A stretch of 64,000 bases of DNA from an uncultured Pseudomonadota bacterium (GCA_964592275.1 CAZQDJ010000001.1:4770-68769); one strand, 5' to 3'. Shown: positions 1-10,360, numbered from the stretch's first letter. Program-made: numbers and translations. Notes: a model not told the origin generated them from the sequence alone.

Positions 1-133
1 CAGGATCACCGCCATAGCCATATTCTAAAGGAGCAATCGTCCCTTCAAAAAGACGTAATAAAAGCACCCCTGTAGTTTTAAACGCAGCTATGGTTTCATG
101 AAAAAGCTCAAGGCGACACAACATTATATCCAT
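1..133 (-). CDS. hypothetical protein, N-terminal fragment (gene continues past window start)
   Basis: ATG at 133-131 overlaps the TGA of the upstream GT2 gene (ATGA). The frame stays open to position 1 (MDIMLCRLELFHETIAAFKTTGVLLLRLFEGTIAPLEYGYGGDP...). No motif recognised. Confidence 0.3.
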   Translation of the reverse strand, partial: MDIMLCRLELFHETIAAFKTTGVLLLRLFEGTIAPLEYGYGGDP

Positions 134-1077
134 CAATTTCCTTTGAACTTAGTTCCCATTGTTTCCTCCGTAATATAGAGAGGTCTATTTCTTTGTTGGT
201 CATACATTCTTCCAATGTATTCCCCTAAAAGCCACATCAACAAAAACTGAACTCCCATAAAAATATAGACAACCGTTACCAGCCATTTAAAAAGTGGATA
301 ATAAACCCCATGCGATAACGCATCCCACGCTATATATAAAAACATTAACGAGCCGGTAAGAATTACAAATATCCCCATAAAAGCCGCAATCCGCAGAGGG
401 AATAATGAAAACCCAGAAAGACCATCAAAAGCCAATTTTAAAAGCTTTGCCCAGCCGTAACCAGAAACCCCAGCTTCTCTTTCTTTGCGATCAAACGTTA
501 CATAGGCATGACTAAACCCTGTCCATGCAACAATCCCACGCAAATAACAAGCTCGCTCACGACACAGCTGAATCTGCTCAAGAACTTTTTTATCGATTAA
601 GCGAAATTCCCCCACGTGTTGAGGGATCGCAACATCAGAAACCAAATATAAAAGTTTATAATAACAAGATGCGGTAAAGTCTTTCCAAAACCCATCATTT
701 CTTGATCGCCTGCGAGCGTAAACTATGCAAGCGCCACTTTCCCATTTTGCTATCATATCTTTCACCAACGCAGGCGGATCTTGCAAGTCAGCATCAAGTG
801 AAATAACTGCATCTCCTGTTGCATTATCATAACAAGCTCGCAAAGCAATTTGATGACCAAAATTTCGCGTAAATGAAATCGCTTGAACACGTTCATCTTG
901 AGAAGCAATCTGTTTAATAATTTCCCAGGACGTATCCTTACTTCCATCATTCACAAAAATCATCTCAAAGCAATAAGAATAAGATAATTCATCACAAATT
1001 TCTGTAAGTTTTTGATATAAAAGAGCAAGGCTATCTTCATTATTATAGACAGGAATAACGAACGATATTTTTTTCAT
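133..1077 (-). CDS. family 2 glycosyltransferase, polyprenyl-phosphate sugar synthase type (ArnC/GtrB/DPM1-like)
   Basis: 314-aa ORF. N-terminal MKKISFVIPVYN, DGSKD, DADLQDPP (DxD-type), and two C-terminal TM helices (FSLFPLRIAAFMGIFVILTG, VTVVYIFMGVQFLLMWLLG). Confidence 0.8.
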   Translation of the reverse strand: MKKISFVIPVYNNEDSLALLYQKLTEICDELSYSYCFEMIFVNDGSKDTSWEIIKQIASQDERVQAISFTRNFGHQIALRACYDNATGDAVISLDADLQDPPALVKDMIAKWESGACIVYARRRSRNDGFWKDFTASCYYKLLYLVSDVAIPQHVGEFRLIDKKVLEQIQLCRERACYLRGIVAWTGFSHAYVTFDRKEREAGVSGYGWAKLLKLAFDGLSGFSLFPLRIAAFMGIFVILTGSLMFLYIAWDALSHGVYYPLFKWLVTVVYIFMGVQFLLMWLLGEYIGRMYDQQRNRPLYITEETMGTKFKGN

Positions 1078-1090
1078 ACCTCATCCTTAG

Positions 1091-2029
1091 TTAAATGCCA
1101 GATGAATCAGTTTTTTCTTCAATAATATAAAGTGGCCTGTTTTTTTGCTGATCATAAATTCTACCTATGTATTCACCAATCAACCACATCAACAAAAACT
1201 GTACTCCCATAAAAATATACGTGATAGTAACAAGCCACTTAAAAAGCGGATATCGAGCACCGTGGAGGAATGCATCAAATGCAATATACATAAACATTAG
1301 TGAACCAGTAAAAATGACAAAGACTCCTACAAATGCAGCAATGCGCAGAGGAAACAAAGAAAAAGCAGTAACACCATCAAAAGCAAGTTTGAACAATTTT
1401 AACCAACTGTATCCTGACACACCCGCCACCCTTTCAGGTCTTTTAAATTCAACATACGTATGTTTAAAACCGGTCCACGCAACAATGCCCCGCAAATAAC
1501 GGGCTCGTTCACGACACCGCCTTATTTCTTGCAAAACTCGTTTATCAATAAGCCTAAAATCCCCCACATTTTGTGGAATGGGAACGTCGGCGACATAATG
1601 TAAAAGCTTATAATAAAGAGAAGCGGTAAGGTCTTTTATGAATCCATCATTGCGTGAACTACGACGAGCATAGACTATGTAAAAACCCTGCTCCCATTTT
1701 TCTATCATTTCGTAAATGAGTTCTGGTGGATCTTGCAAATCTGCATCCAAACCTATAATTGCATCACCACGAGCATGATCATACGCAGCAGTAAGGGCCA
1801 TTTGAAATCCAAAATTTCTGCTGAATGAAATTCCTCTCACCAGATGATCATCCTTTGCAAGATTTTTTATTATCTGCCAAGAATTATCAACACTTCCATC
1901 ATCAACTAAAAGGATCTCTGCTCTATATTTTTTGGAAAAATGATCACAGATCGCCTTGAGCTTTTCATACAAAAGAGAAAGATTACCCTCTTCATTATAA
2001 ACAGGAACAACAAATGATATTTTTTTCAT
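1091..2029 (-). CDS. family 2 glycosyltransferase, tandem paralog of 133..1077
   Basis: 312-aa ORF collinear with the neighbouring GT2 and carrying the same motifs (VPVYN, DADLQDPP, RNDGF, GEYIGRIYDQQKNRPLYI). Only a 13-nt spacer separates the two genes. Confidence 0.8.
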   Translation of the reverse strand: MKKISFVVPVYNEEGNLSLLYEKLKAICDHFSKKYRAEILLVDDGSVDNSWQIIKNLAKDDHLVRGISFSRNFGFQMALTAAYDHARGDAIIGLDADLQDPPELIYEMIEKWEQGFYIVYARRSSRNDGFIKDLTASLYYKLLHYVADVPIPQNVGDFRLIDKRVLQEIRRCRERARYLRGIVAWTGFKHTYVEFKRPERVAGVSGYSWLKLFKLAFDGVTAFSLFPLRIAAFVGVFVIFTGSLMFMYIAFDAFLHGARYPLFKWLVTITYIFMGVQFLLMWLIGEYIGRIYDQQKNRPLYIIEEKTDSSGI

Positions 2030-2133
2030 ACATCCTTTTTGAGATTAAGCAGCATCACACTACTTGCCTTTTTTCCATCTCACATCGGTCTAGTTTTCTC
2101 TTTTTTAAGCAAAAAAGCAAAACCAAGCATAGC

Positions 2134-2176
2134 GCAGTCTCCTCCTTCGCTATTAAGCTTCGGCGTGACAGACTGC
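2134..2176 (-). terminator. candidate hairpin / weak intrinsic terminator between the GT4 C-half gene and the GT2 genes
   Basis: GCAGTCT (2134-2140) pairs with AGACTGC (2170-2176) around a 29-nt loop that contains GCTTCGGC. On the minus strand a T-rich run (ttggttttgctttttt) follows a few nt later. Confidence 0.25.
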
Positions 2177-2240
2177 CGTAGCCTCGCAAATGACACTAAC
2201 AACCTTACACAAAGGTACATGACGTCGGTGGATCTTCTTT

Positions 2241-2873
2241 TTATAACTGAGCATGATCAATAATTTTTTTCACATGCTGACGCCACGTATACTGATCAAG
2301 AGCTTTCTTACGTGCATTCATACCTATTTTTTTTCTATCAACATCAGACATACGTACACATAGTAAACATGCATTTACAAACCCCTGAATATCTAACGGA
2401 TTAACCAAAAATCCAACCTGATCTGCAATCATCAAATATTGGTCGTGTAAATCTTTACTATAAATTGCTGGACTTACAATCTCTGCTACTTGCTCAAGGT
2501 CCGATGCAATCACCGGTTTGCCCATACTCATATATTCAAAAAGCTTTGTAGGAGAACCAAAAAAACGTGTTCCATCATTATTTGATTGCGTTGGACATAA
2601 AAAAATATCGCATTGAGCAAGATATGCAGGAGCTTCTTCTGGAAGAATTTTTCCTGTAAAAGTAACGTATTCTAATAAACCCTGTTCTTGCAAAGAATAT
2701 TCAAGTGACGCACGACCTATCCCATCACCCATCAGAAGGAAATAAACATTTTTTTCAGCCGCAATAAGAACTGGGATAATTTTCTCCAAAACACTAATCC
2801 CATGCCACTGCCCAAAAGTCCCAATGAAACCGAAAGTGATTTTTTTACCTAAAGAATTCATAATTTTTAGCAC
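2241..2873 (-). CDS. GT4-family (GT-B) glycosyltransferase, C-terminal donor-binding half only
   Basis: 210-aa ORF with a GTG at 2873 and an ATG at 2861. It begins at the linker (NSLGKKITFGFIGTFGQWHG) and contains FGSPTKLFEYMSMGKPVIAS (E-x7-E-like region). No N-terminal Rossmann domain is present. The matching N-half lies at 14767..15396. Confidence 0.7.
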   Translation of the reverse strand: MLKIMNSLGKKITFGFIGTFGQWHGISVLEKIIPVLIAAEKNVYFLLMGDGIGRASLEYSLQEQGLLEYVTFTGKILPEEAPAYLAQCDIFLCPTQSNNDGTRFFGSPTKLFEYMSMGKPVIASDLEQVAEIVSPAIYSKDLHDQYLMIADQVGFLVNPLDIQGFVNACLLCVRMSDVDRKKIGMNARKKALDQYTWRQHVKKIIDHAQL

Positions 2874-3387
2874 GCATAACAGGCAAAAATGTAGAATCTT
2901 TTTCGCTCACTATTGGATTCTTGCATGGCCATTGAATGTTAAGATCAGGATCATTCCAAACAACTCCTGATTCATGAGCTGCGTTATAATATTGCGTGCA
3001 CTTATAATTCATAATGACCTCATCACTCAACACATAAAAGCCATGCGCAAATCCAGGCGGCATATATAATTGACGAGGCAGATCACTCGCAAGTACCAAA
3101 GAAAAATATTTTTGAAAGGTCGTTGAATAAGGTCTAAGATCAACTACTACATCGAAAATAGAACCTTGTAAAACGGTCACCAGTTGTCCCTGATTTTTTT
3201 GATAATGCAATCCTCTTAATACATTTTTTTTCGATACAGAAATATTATCTTGCAAAAAAGATTCTTGTATTCCCATTTCTTTATACTGATTTTCTCGCCA
3301 GCTTTCGTAAAACAACCCCCGCTCATCACAATAAATCTTTGGTTTTATAATAACCAGTCCGTCAAAACCAGTTTGAATAGTATTCAT
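2845..3387 (-). CDS. rmlC: dTDP-4-dehydrorhamnose 3,5-epimerase
   Basis: 180 aa. DERGLFYESWR, RGLHYQ and GFAHGF cupin motifs. Adjacent to rmlA and rmlB. Confidence 0.9.
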   Translation of the reverse strand: MNTIQTGFDGLVIIKPKIYCDERGLFYESWRENQYKEMGIQESFLQDNISVSKKNVLRGLHYQKNQGQLVTVLQGSIFDVVVDLRPYSTTFQKYFSLVLASDLPRQLYMPPGFAHGFYVLSDEVIMNYKCTQYYNAAHESGVVWNDPDLNIQWPCKNPIVSEKDSTFLPVMRAKNYEFFR

Positions 3388-4259
3388 TATTCAAGCAATC
3401 CTTTTAAATACTGTTTATAACGACCTTTAGGAAGCATTTCTAACAAAGTATCCAATGGAGCCTTCCCTATAAAGTTCATACGCCACGCAACTTCTTCTGG
3501 TGAAGCAATTGCAATACCTTGTCGATCTTGCACGACCTGCACATAATTTGATGCATCCAACAGTGCTCGCGGAGTTCCCACGTCAAACCATACGGTCCCT
3601 CGCCCTAAATGAGACATTGTCAGTGATTCTTGAGCAAGATAGCTTTTTAAAAGATCAACAATTTCCAACTCATTGCGCTCAGATGGCACAAGAGCTCGTG
3701 CTCGCCTTGAAACTGAACCGTCAAAGTAATAAAGCCCGGTAATGGCAAGATTAGATTTGAATGTTTTCGGCTTTTCTTCAATCGATATAATCTCTCCCTG
3801 CTTAGTTGTTACCACCACCCCATACTGACTAGGGTCTTCAACTTGATGAGTAAAAATATGTGCTCCCTCACAACCATCCATTGCTTTTGCAAGGAGCTCA
3901 CATAATCCTTGCGCATGAAAAAAGTTATCACCCAAAATCATTGCAACAGGCTGCTCATCAATAAAACGCTCTCCTAGAACAAATGCTTCCGGCAATCCAC
4001 CAGGATGCACCTGCACTTTGTAAGAAAACTTCATTCCCAAGCGGCTGCCATCTCCAAAAAGATCTTCTAATGTAAGCAGATCGCGAGCAGTGCAAATAAA
4101 AAGCACTTCCTGGATCCCAGCAAGCATCAATGTTGTCAGGGGATAATAAATAACGGGTTTATCATAGATAGGAAGCAGCTGCTTATTAGTTGCAATCGTT
4201 AATGGATACAAACGAGATCCAGTACCACCGGCTAAGACTATCCCCTTTTTTATCTTCAT
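3387..4259 (-). CDS. rmlA: glucose-1-phosphate thymidylyltransferase
   Basis: 290 aa. N-terminal KGIVLAGGTGSRLYPLT..NKQLLPIYDKPVIYYPL. Confidence 0.92.
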   Translation of the reverse strand: MKIKKGIVLAGGTGSRLYPLTIATNKQLLPIYDKPVIYYPLTTLMLAGIQEVLFICTARDLLTLEDLFGDGSRLGMKFSYKVQVHPGGLPEAFVLGERFIDEQPVAMILGDNFFHAQGLCELLAKAMDGCEGAHIFTHQVEDPSQYGVVVTTKQGEIISIEEKPKTFKSNLAITGLYYFDGSVSRRARALVPSERNELEIVDLLKSYLAQESLTMSHLGRGTVWFDVGTPRALLDASNYVQVVQDRQGIAIASPEEVAWRMNFIGKAPLDTLLEMLPKGRYKQYLKGLLE

Positions 4260-4263
4260 GTTT

Positions 4264-5298
4264 TTATCCTAATCCAATCCTTTTTCGAGCTTCAACTTTA
4301 CATCCAACTTGAGTGTAATGATCCAAATACCATTGCACCGTTTTCCGCAATCCATCTTTAAAAGATATCTGTGGTTTCCACCCTGTATCGCTTTTTAACA
4401 ATGAAGCATCTGTCGCATACCTAAAATCATGTCCTGGTCGATCAGAAACAAACGTTATCAATTCTTTGTAAGAAGTAAATAAGCTATATGGTCTCAGTTC
4501 ATCAAGCAGTTCGCATATCGTTTCAACTAAAGAAAGATTAGTTCTTTCATTATCCGATCCTACGCAATAGGAAGACCCAATGTTACCCCATTCAATAAGT
4601 GAGTACAGCGCCCGCACATGATCATCTACATACAGCCAATCCCGTATCTGTTCGCCATTTCCATACACAGGAAGGTTCTTTAATTCACACGCATTAAGAA
4701 TGGTAAGTGGAATAAGTTTTTCTGGGTACTGTTTTGGGCCATAGTTATTGGAAGAATTTACAATGATAGTCGGTAGTCCATACGTCTTGTGGTACGAGCG
4801 AACCAAATGATCAGAAGATGCTTTTGATGCCGCATAAGGAGAATTTGGTCGATAGGGCATTGACTCATTAAACTTTCCCTCAGCCCCTAGCGCTCCAAAA
4901 ACCTCATCTGTCGAAAGATGAACAAAACGAAATGAATCTTTGAGAGGAGATTTTTTATAATAACTAAGTACTGCATTGAGTACGGTATACGTCCCCATAA
5001 CATTAGCTTTTATAAAATCATCGGGACAATCTATCGAACGATCTACATGCGATTCTGCAGCCATATGAATAACAACTTCTGGTTGATGTTGAACCAAAAT
5101 TGAATCTAATGCAGGCCCATTGCAGATATCTTCTTTATAAAAAAAATGATTTTTATGATTTTTATATTCACCAAAATTTTCAAGATTTCCAGCATAGGTT
5201 AACAAGTCAATAGTGATGACTTGATGGCCTTTTTCAAGCATAGAACAAACAAAATTCGACCCTATAAACCCAGCACCACCAGTAACAAGAATTTTCAT
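4264..5298 (-). CDS. rmlB: dTDP-glucose 4,6-dehydratase
   Basis: 344 aa. MKILVTGGAGFIGSNF Rossmann motif and the YAASKASSD (YxxxK) catalytic motif. Confidence 0.92.
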   Translation of the reverse strand: MKILVTGGAGFIGSNFVCSMLEKGHQVITIDLLTYAGNLENFGEYKNHKNHFFYKEDICNGPALDSILVQHQPEVVIHMAAESHVDRSIDCPDDFIKANVMGTYTVLNAVLSYYKKSPLKDSFRFVHLSTDEVFGALGAEGKFNESMPYRPNSPYAASKASSDHLVRSYHKTYGLPTIIVNSSNNYGPKQYPEKLIPLTILNACELKNLPVYGNGEQIRDWLYVDDHVRALYSLIEWGNIGSSYCVGSDNERTNLSLVETICELLDELRPYSLFTSYKELITFVSDRPGHDFRYATDASLLKSDTGWKPQISFKDGLRKTVQWYLDHYTQVGCKVEARKRIGLG

Positions 5299-6236
5299 AA
5301 CGCATCCCTTTTTGAAGCATTTTTTATAAGCCGTATGGTGTCACCAATCCCCTTTTCTAAAGAACCCGAAAAAGAAAATCCCGTTGTTTTAAATTTATCC
5401 GAAAGCACCTCATAAGAAAGCGTGTTCATAATGGTATGTTTTACCAACGAAATTTCGCATTTTTCATTACATTCTTCAATGGCCGATACAACGTGCCGAA
5501 CGGTATGATTCCCTGTCACGATATTGTACGTTTCCCCCTCAAAAAGATTATTTTTAATAATCCACGCAAGGGCACGCACAGCATCATCCAAAGATAAATA
5601 GGGGCGCTTTTGATTAAGAGCAGTTTCCCAAATGGTCAATGGTTGCTTTACTACTGCTTGCCAACAAAATCGATTTACTGCTGTGTGAAAACGCATACCC
5701 TGAGAAACACCATAAATAGTACCAAACCGGCAAATTACACCTTTCAATCCATTACGTTCAAACATGTCTCGCAACAATATTTCTTCTTTAATTTTGCAGT
5801 CAGCATAAGGGCTTTGCGAAGATAGTTCGGTACAATATTCATCAACCGTTGCTTCTCGCGAACCATACAAACTTGTCGTTGAAGGAAAAATAAGAGGAAC
5901 CTCAAACAAAAGGCACGCTTGTGCAACAGCCTGTGTTCCCGAAAAATTGTTGTTATACATAGCCTCAGGCTTATCGGCAGTACCCGATGCATCAGTAGCA
6001 GCAGCCAAATGGATTACCACATCAGCATCTTTAAGGATTTTGCTCCAATCAACAGACTGAACTTTGCCTTCTATAAACTCATACGAAGCGGTAGTTGGTA
6101 AATTAAATAAACTGGCATAACGCTGCGTAGAAAGATCATCAATCATCACAATTGAAGGCTTATCAAAAAGATCTGGTAACTTCCTGATAAGCGCAGAACC
6201 AATATGCCCTAAAGCACCCGTTATCACACATTTCAT
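5295..6236 (-). CDS. NAD-dependent sugar epimerase/dehydratase/reductase (extended SDR)
   Basis: 313 aa. MKCVITGALGHIGSAL Rossmann motif and YADCK (YxxxK). Sits in the nucleotide-sugar cluster. Substrate unknown. Confidence 0.75.
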   Translation of the reverse strand: MKCVITGALGHIGSALIRKLPDLFDKPSIVMIDDLSTQRYASLFNLPTTASYEFIEGKVQSVDWSKILKDADVVIHLAAATDASGTADKPEAMYNNNFSGTQAVAQACLLFEVPLIFPSTTSLYGSREATVDEYCTELSSQSPYADCKIKEEILLRDMFERNGLKGVICRFGTIYGVSQGMRFHTAVNRFCWQAVVKQPLTIWETALNQKRPYLSLDDAVRALAWIIKNNLFEGETYNIVTGNHTVRHVVSAIEECNEKCEISLVKHTIMNTLSYEVLSDKFKTTGFSFSGSLEKGIGDTIRLIKNASKRDAL

Positions 6237-6673
6237 AGACTGTTCCTAAACTGTAAAAATTCTTTATAGTCGCGAATATAATCAGCTGGATCATACAACT
6301 GATCAGTCAAAACCATAAGGAGCGTCTCTTTCTCATAACTCTGCTCAGCCCAAATAGTTGCAGGCACTAATAATCCTTGCGCAGGACTTTTTAATACATA
6401 TTCTTTTTTTTCTTTACCATCATCACAGGTCACTGTGCATACACCACGCAAAGCAATCATAAGTTGGGTACATTCTTTATGAGCATGAGCACCACGCAAA
6501 CAAGGCTGATAGGCATCAACAGTAAAAACACGTTTTATAGAGAAAGGAACTTGATCTCCCGATGGGAAAATAGAAAGAATAGAATGAGGCTCAGTAAATT
6601 GCACAAAATTAATAAGGTGCACTTGCGTTACCGGTTGGTGTTTTTTGTGCATAATGTTGGATCCCAGAATCAT
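6233..6673 (-). CDS. FdtA/QdtA-like dTDP-4-keto-6-deoxyhexose 3,4-ketoisomerase (WxcM-type cupin)
   Basis: 146 aa (an alternative ATG at 6652 is also possible). RGAHAHKECTQLMIALRG cupin motif. Followed upstream by an aminotransferase and an acetyltransferase in classic fdtA-B-C context. Confidence 0.7.
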   Translation of the reverse strand: MILGSNIMHKKHQPVTQVHLINFVQFTEPHSILSIFPSGDQVPFSIKRVFTVDAYQPCLRGAHAHKECTQLMIALRGVCTVTCDDGKEKKEYVLKSPAQGLLVPATIWAEQSYEKETLLMVLTDQLYDPADYIRDYKEFLQFRNSL

Positions 6674-7799
6674 AACCCTTCCTTTTTTCTAAAATACTTT
6701 TCATAGCCTTGCTTATGGTCTCTATTTGCTCTTCAGTCACACTAAATGCACAAGGAAGGTTAATGCCTCGTTCCGAAATATCATAAGCAACCGGACTATT
6801 TTTTCGACCTTCGTCACAAGGACCATTAAAAGCTGGTAAAAATGTCAAAGGATAAAAAAATGGACGACTTGGCAATCCCATTTTTGTAAATTCATCCATC
6901 ATGTACTGCTTGGTAACTCCATGAGATCTCCCAAACACAAGTGCTGTGCACCACACTCCATTAAGAACATGCGCTGGCTCTGGATTAAAATGTAAATCAG
7001 GAACATCTGATAAATGCTCCATAAATTTTTTCCAAATCCATCGTTTTTTTTCTACCAATTCATCAATTCTTAAAAATTGAGCATAGCCAAGCGATGCTAA
7101 TAAATTTGATGGCATATATTTAAATGTCACTTCAGTATTGAAATAAGTACCAGGAGCGCGCCCGTGATCTCTTAGAAATTTACATCGCTCATAAAGCTCT
7201 TTATTATCAAGGAGCAACATACCGCCTTCACCAGTCGTAATAGTTTTTGTTCTATGAAAACTGAACACAGAACCAACTCCAAACTTGCCCGCTCTTTTTC
7301 CTTTATACATAGATCCTAAAGATTCTGCAGCGTCCTCTATTAAATAAATTCCTCGCCTGTCACAAATTTCTTGCAGAGCATCCATGTCTGGCATGTTCCC
7401 ATACAAGTCTACAACAATAACAGCCTTCGTTTTATCAGTAATTTTATCTTCAAGTTTAAGTGGATCTACACACCAATTAATAGGATCAATATCAACAAAA
7501 ACCGTTTTTGCTCGTTGATAAGTAATCGGAGCAGCACTTGCTATCCACGTACATTCAGGAACAATTACTTCATCCCCTTCTGTAACGCCTAGCCCTGCCA
7601 GTAAAAGATGTATTGCTGTGGTACAGTTTGGAGTCATTAAGGCAAATTGTCTATCATGATAAGCAGCAAATTCTGCTTCAAATTTTTCAACATAAGCATA
7701 AGCGTTCTTTCCATACCACCCGTTACGAAGAGCATCTAACACTATTTTCTCTTCAAATTCAGTGACCCAAGGGCCTGCCATGTATATTTCTTTATTCAT
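6609..7799 (-). CDS. DegT/DnrJ/EryC1/StrS-family PLP sugar aminotransferase (FdtB/QdtB-like)
   Basis: 396 aa. SFHRTKTITTGEGGML, the PLP-lysine motif of the family. Confidence 0.85.
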   Translation of the reverse strand: MNKEIYMAGPWVTEFEEKIVLDALRNGWYGKNAYAYVEKFEAEFAAYHDRQFALMTPNCTTAIHLLLAGLGVTEGDEVIVPECTWIASAAPITYQRAKTVFVDIDPINWCVDPLKLEDKITDKTKAVIVVDLYGNMPDMDALQEICDRRGIYLIEDAAESLGSMYKGKRAGKFGVGSVFSFHRTKTITTGEGGMLLLDNKELYERCKFLRDHGRAPGTYFNTEVTFKYMPSNLLASLGYAQFLRIDELVEKKRWIWKKFMEHLSDVPDLHFNPEPAHVLNGVWCTALVFGRSHGVTKQYMMDEFTKMGLPSRPFFYPLTFLPAFNGPCDEGRKNSPVAYDISERGINLPCAFSVTEEQIETISKAMKSILEKRKGYDSGIQHYAQKTPTGNASAPY

Positions 7800-7801
7800 T
7801 T

Positions 7802-8476
7802 TTATCCACAGATTTTATTTTGTTTTAAAAATTTCGCAGGCACTCCTGTCCAAATTTCTCCAGCAGGAACATCTTTCACAACAACAGCCCCTGCTCCTAT
7901 TATTGTATTTTCGCCAATTTTTAAACGTGGAAGTACTGTAGCATGTGCTGCTACCCAAGAATAATTCCCCACTTCAACTCGCCCGCATAAAACCGCTCCT
8001 GGAGCTATTTCAACGCCTTCCCCCAGTTGATCATGATGTTCAACAACGCTACGCGTATTAAGAATGCACTGACGCCCTATTTTTGCTCGCGCATTAATAA
8101 TTGTGCCTTTCATAATCTGTGCACCTTCCCCAATCTCAACATCAGCATCAATCAAAGCTGATTGCGCACAAAAACTTACGGGAGTTAATCCTTTAGCAAC
8201 CAAATAATCATGCAACTGACACCGAACAAAGCCATACGGGTTTCCTATCGCTATAACAAACCCTATTTGAGAAGAATCACGTCCAATCAACCACTTCTCA
8301 AAAAAAGCTTTACCTTGCAGTAATGTAATATTTTGAAAAGGAGAAAGAAGCCCTGGAGTATCATCAAAAATAATATCAAAATCAGCACCAAGCATTTTAA
8401 TAATGGGATGTATCACCATTGCTTGATCACCACCACCCCAACAGATCAACTGCTTCTTAAAATTATTTATTTTCAT
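7802..8476 (-). CDS. hexapeptide-repeat sugar N-acetyltransferase (NeuD/PglD/FdtC-like)
   Basis: 224 aa. N-terminal Rossmann-like part followed by left-handed beta-helix repeats (IGEGAQI..., IGRQCIL..., LGEGVEIAPGAVL..., IGENTIIGAGAVV). Confidence 0.8.
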   Translation of the reverse strand: MKINNFKKQLICWGGGDQAMVIHPIIKMLGADFDIIFDDTPGLLSPFQNITLLQGKAFFEKWLIGRDSSQIGFVIAIGNPYGFVRCQLHDYLVAKGLTPVSFCAQSALIDADVEIGEGAQIMKGTIINARAKIGRQCILNTRSVVEHHDQLGEGVEIAPGAVLCGRVEVGNYSWVAAHATVLPRLKIGENTIIGAGAVVVKDVPAGEIWTGVPAKFLKQNKICG

Positions 8477-8489
8477 ACTGTTTCACAAC

Positions 8490-9221
8490 TTAAACTCGCT
8501 TTAAATAGCCATTACGCGTAAATGAATTTATCGCTTTTTTGTTGTATTCATTGTCTCTAGAAAATCGAATTTTTTCTTGCTCCAAAAATCCTTCCACAGC
8601 TGTTCTAGGATTATTTCCACGCCCCCATGGACGAGGCCTATGCGCCTGAGCTGGAATCTCTTCTACGACCGTATCTGAAATTACAAGATAGTTATTAAGA
8701 GAAACCAATTCTTTATATGCTTGTAGCTCATTAAAAACATGCTCATGAGTATGATTACTATCCAAAATAACCATTACTTTATCAGTAGGAGCAATTAATT
8801 TTTTAATCTGCGCAATACTACTTTCATCAGTAGAAGACCCTTCAATAAGGTGTATTCTTTTTGAAAAAGCGTAGTTCATTATTTGATCAATATTTTTCTG
8901 CGGCAATACCATATCAATACCTATCACCTTTCCCTTACCAACCATTTCAAGCACTGATGCATAAAGAGCTATGCTACCACCCCAAGCAATACCCGTTTCA
9001 ATAATAACATCAGGTTTTGTGTCCCAGATAATCTCTTGAATAATAACTATATCTTCTGGCATCTGAATTACCGGCAAACCAAGCCAGGTCCAATTATAGG
9101 CATAATTATATTGATCAGATTTTGTGATAAATTTTAATGCAAGATCGTTCAATTCCTGGTCTTGAAAGGCTTTCTGAATATTGGCTTGCTTTTGTTGATT
9201 AAACTCATCTCTATCAAACAT
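8490..9221 (-). CDS. CmcI / cephalosporin-hydroxylase-family class I methyltransferase (sugar O-methyltransferase-like)
   Basis: 243 aa. YNWTWLGLPVIQMPEDIVIIQEIIWDTKPDVIIETGIAWGGS matches the CmcI-family pattern. Confidence 0.7.
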   Translation of the reverse strand: MFDRDEFNQQKQANIQKAFQDQELNDLALKFITKSDQYNYAYNWTWLGLPVIQMPEDIVIIQEIIWDTKPDVIIETGIAWGGSIALYASVLEMVGKGKVIGIDMVLPQKNIDQIMNYAFSKRIHLIEGSSTDESSIAQIKKLIAPTDKVMVILDSNHTHEHVFNELQAYKELVSLNNYLVISDTVVEEIPAQAHRPRPWGRGNNPRTAVEGFLEQEKIRFSRDNEYNKKAINSFTRNGYLKRV

Positions 9222-9247
9222 GTCTTACTCCCACATTTTTATAATTC

Positions 9248-10360
9248 TTATAACAGTCTTTGTAATAATTCAGGATACATAGGAAGCGTTAAAATCTTTT
9301 TTACACATTCTTCAGTAACAGAAAGACCTTCAGCAGCTATTCGGATTTTATCTTGATAACCAGGATGCACATGCGCCGGATACTGATAATGAACACCAGC
9401 TTCAATACCATAGCTAGCTAATTTTTCTTTTAGCTCATCCCGAAAATCAGACTGCACCACATATAAATGAAACACATGCTCCGTTTCTTTTCTTACAAGT
9501 GGATGCACTACTTCTTTAAAAAATGGATTTGCTCGGTACTGATCGGCAATGGCTCTTCTTTTTGCATTGTCTTGATCTAAGTAACGCAACTTTACTCGTA
9601 ATATCGCAGCTTGGAGTTCATCAAGACGAGAAACCGCTCCCACTTCTTGTCCCAACCGTTTTTCATCCCAGCCATACTGACGAAGACGAATCAATCTATC
9701 TTTTAAAACTGTATCATTCGTAATTACTCCACCAGCATCACCAATAGCTCCAAGGTTTTTAGTCGGATAAAAGCTAAAACAGCCTGCATCACCAAACGTA
9801 CCAACCTTTTTACCCTGATATAAAGCTCCATGGGCCTGCGCACAATCTTCAATAACTTTAAGATTATGTAGTTTTGCAAGTTCCATTATTGGCTTCATAT
9901 CACAAGATTGGCCATACAAATGAACAGGAATAATCGCTTTTGTTTTAAGAGTAATCGCTTTTTTAATTTTTTCAGGATCGATGGTGTAATAATCGGGCTC
10001 TATATCAACCAACACCGGAGTTGCTCCGGCAATAACAATCGCTGACACAGTGGCAAGAGCAGTATGAGACACCGTAATTACTTCATCCCCTGGACCAATA
10101 TCATAGGCCTTTAAAGTAAGTGATAAAGCATCAGTACCACTTCCTACTCCAATTGCATGCGCTACTCCATGATACCGGGCAAACTCTTCCTGAAATGCTT
10201 CTACTTCTGGCCCCAAAATATAAGGGCCATTTTCACATACTCGTTTTATCGCTTCCAAAATTTCTTCATGATAGCTATGAAACTGCGCGGGAGGAAAGCC
10301 ACAACACAACTTTTCTAAACTTGTTCCAGCACTTTTACTTCTGGAATAAATGTGATCCAT
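9248..10360 (-). CDS. DegT/DnrJ/EryC1/StrS-family PLP sugar aminotransferase (second copy)
   Basis: 370 aa. GVGSGTDAL and [18 protein letters not shown] (PLP lysine). Confidence 0.85.
   Translation of the reverse strand: MDHIYSRSKSAGTSLEKLCCGFPPAQFHSYHEEILEAIKRVCENGPYILGPEVEAFQEEFARYHGVAHAIGVGSGTDALSLTLKAYDIGPGDEVITVSHTALATVSAIVIAGATPVLVDIEPDYYTIDPEKIKKAITLKTKAIIPVHLYGQSCDMKPIMELAKLHNLKVIEDCAQAHGALYQGKKVGTFGDAGCFSFYPTKNLGAIGDAGGVITNDTVLKDRLIRLRQYGWDEKRLGQEVGAVSRLDELQAAILRVKLRYLDQDNAKRRAIADQYRANPFFKEVVHPLVRKETEHVFHLYVVQSDFRDELKEKLASYGIEAGVHYQYPAHVHPGYQDKIRIAAEGLSVTEECVKKILTLPMYPELLQRLL

Noticed and set aside
2039-2263. ORF 2039..2263 (+) in the 210-bp gap between the GT4 C-half and the GT2 genes
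   Set aside because: It lies on the opposite strand to the whole operon, with no RBS and no motif. The region is better explained as an intergenic spacer with a hairpin.
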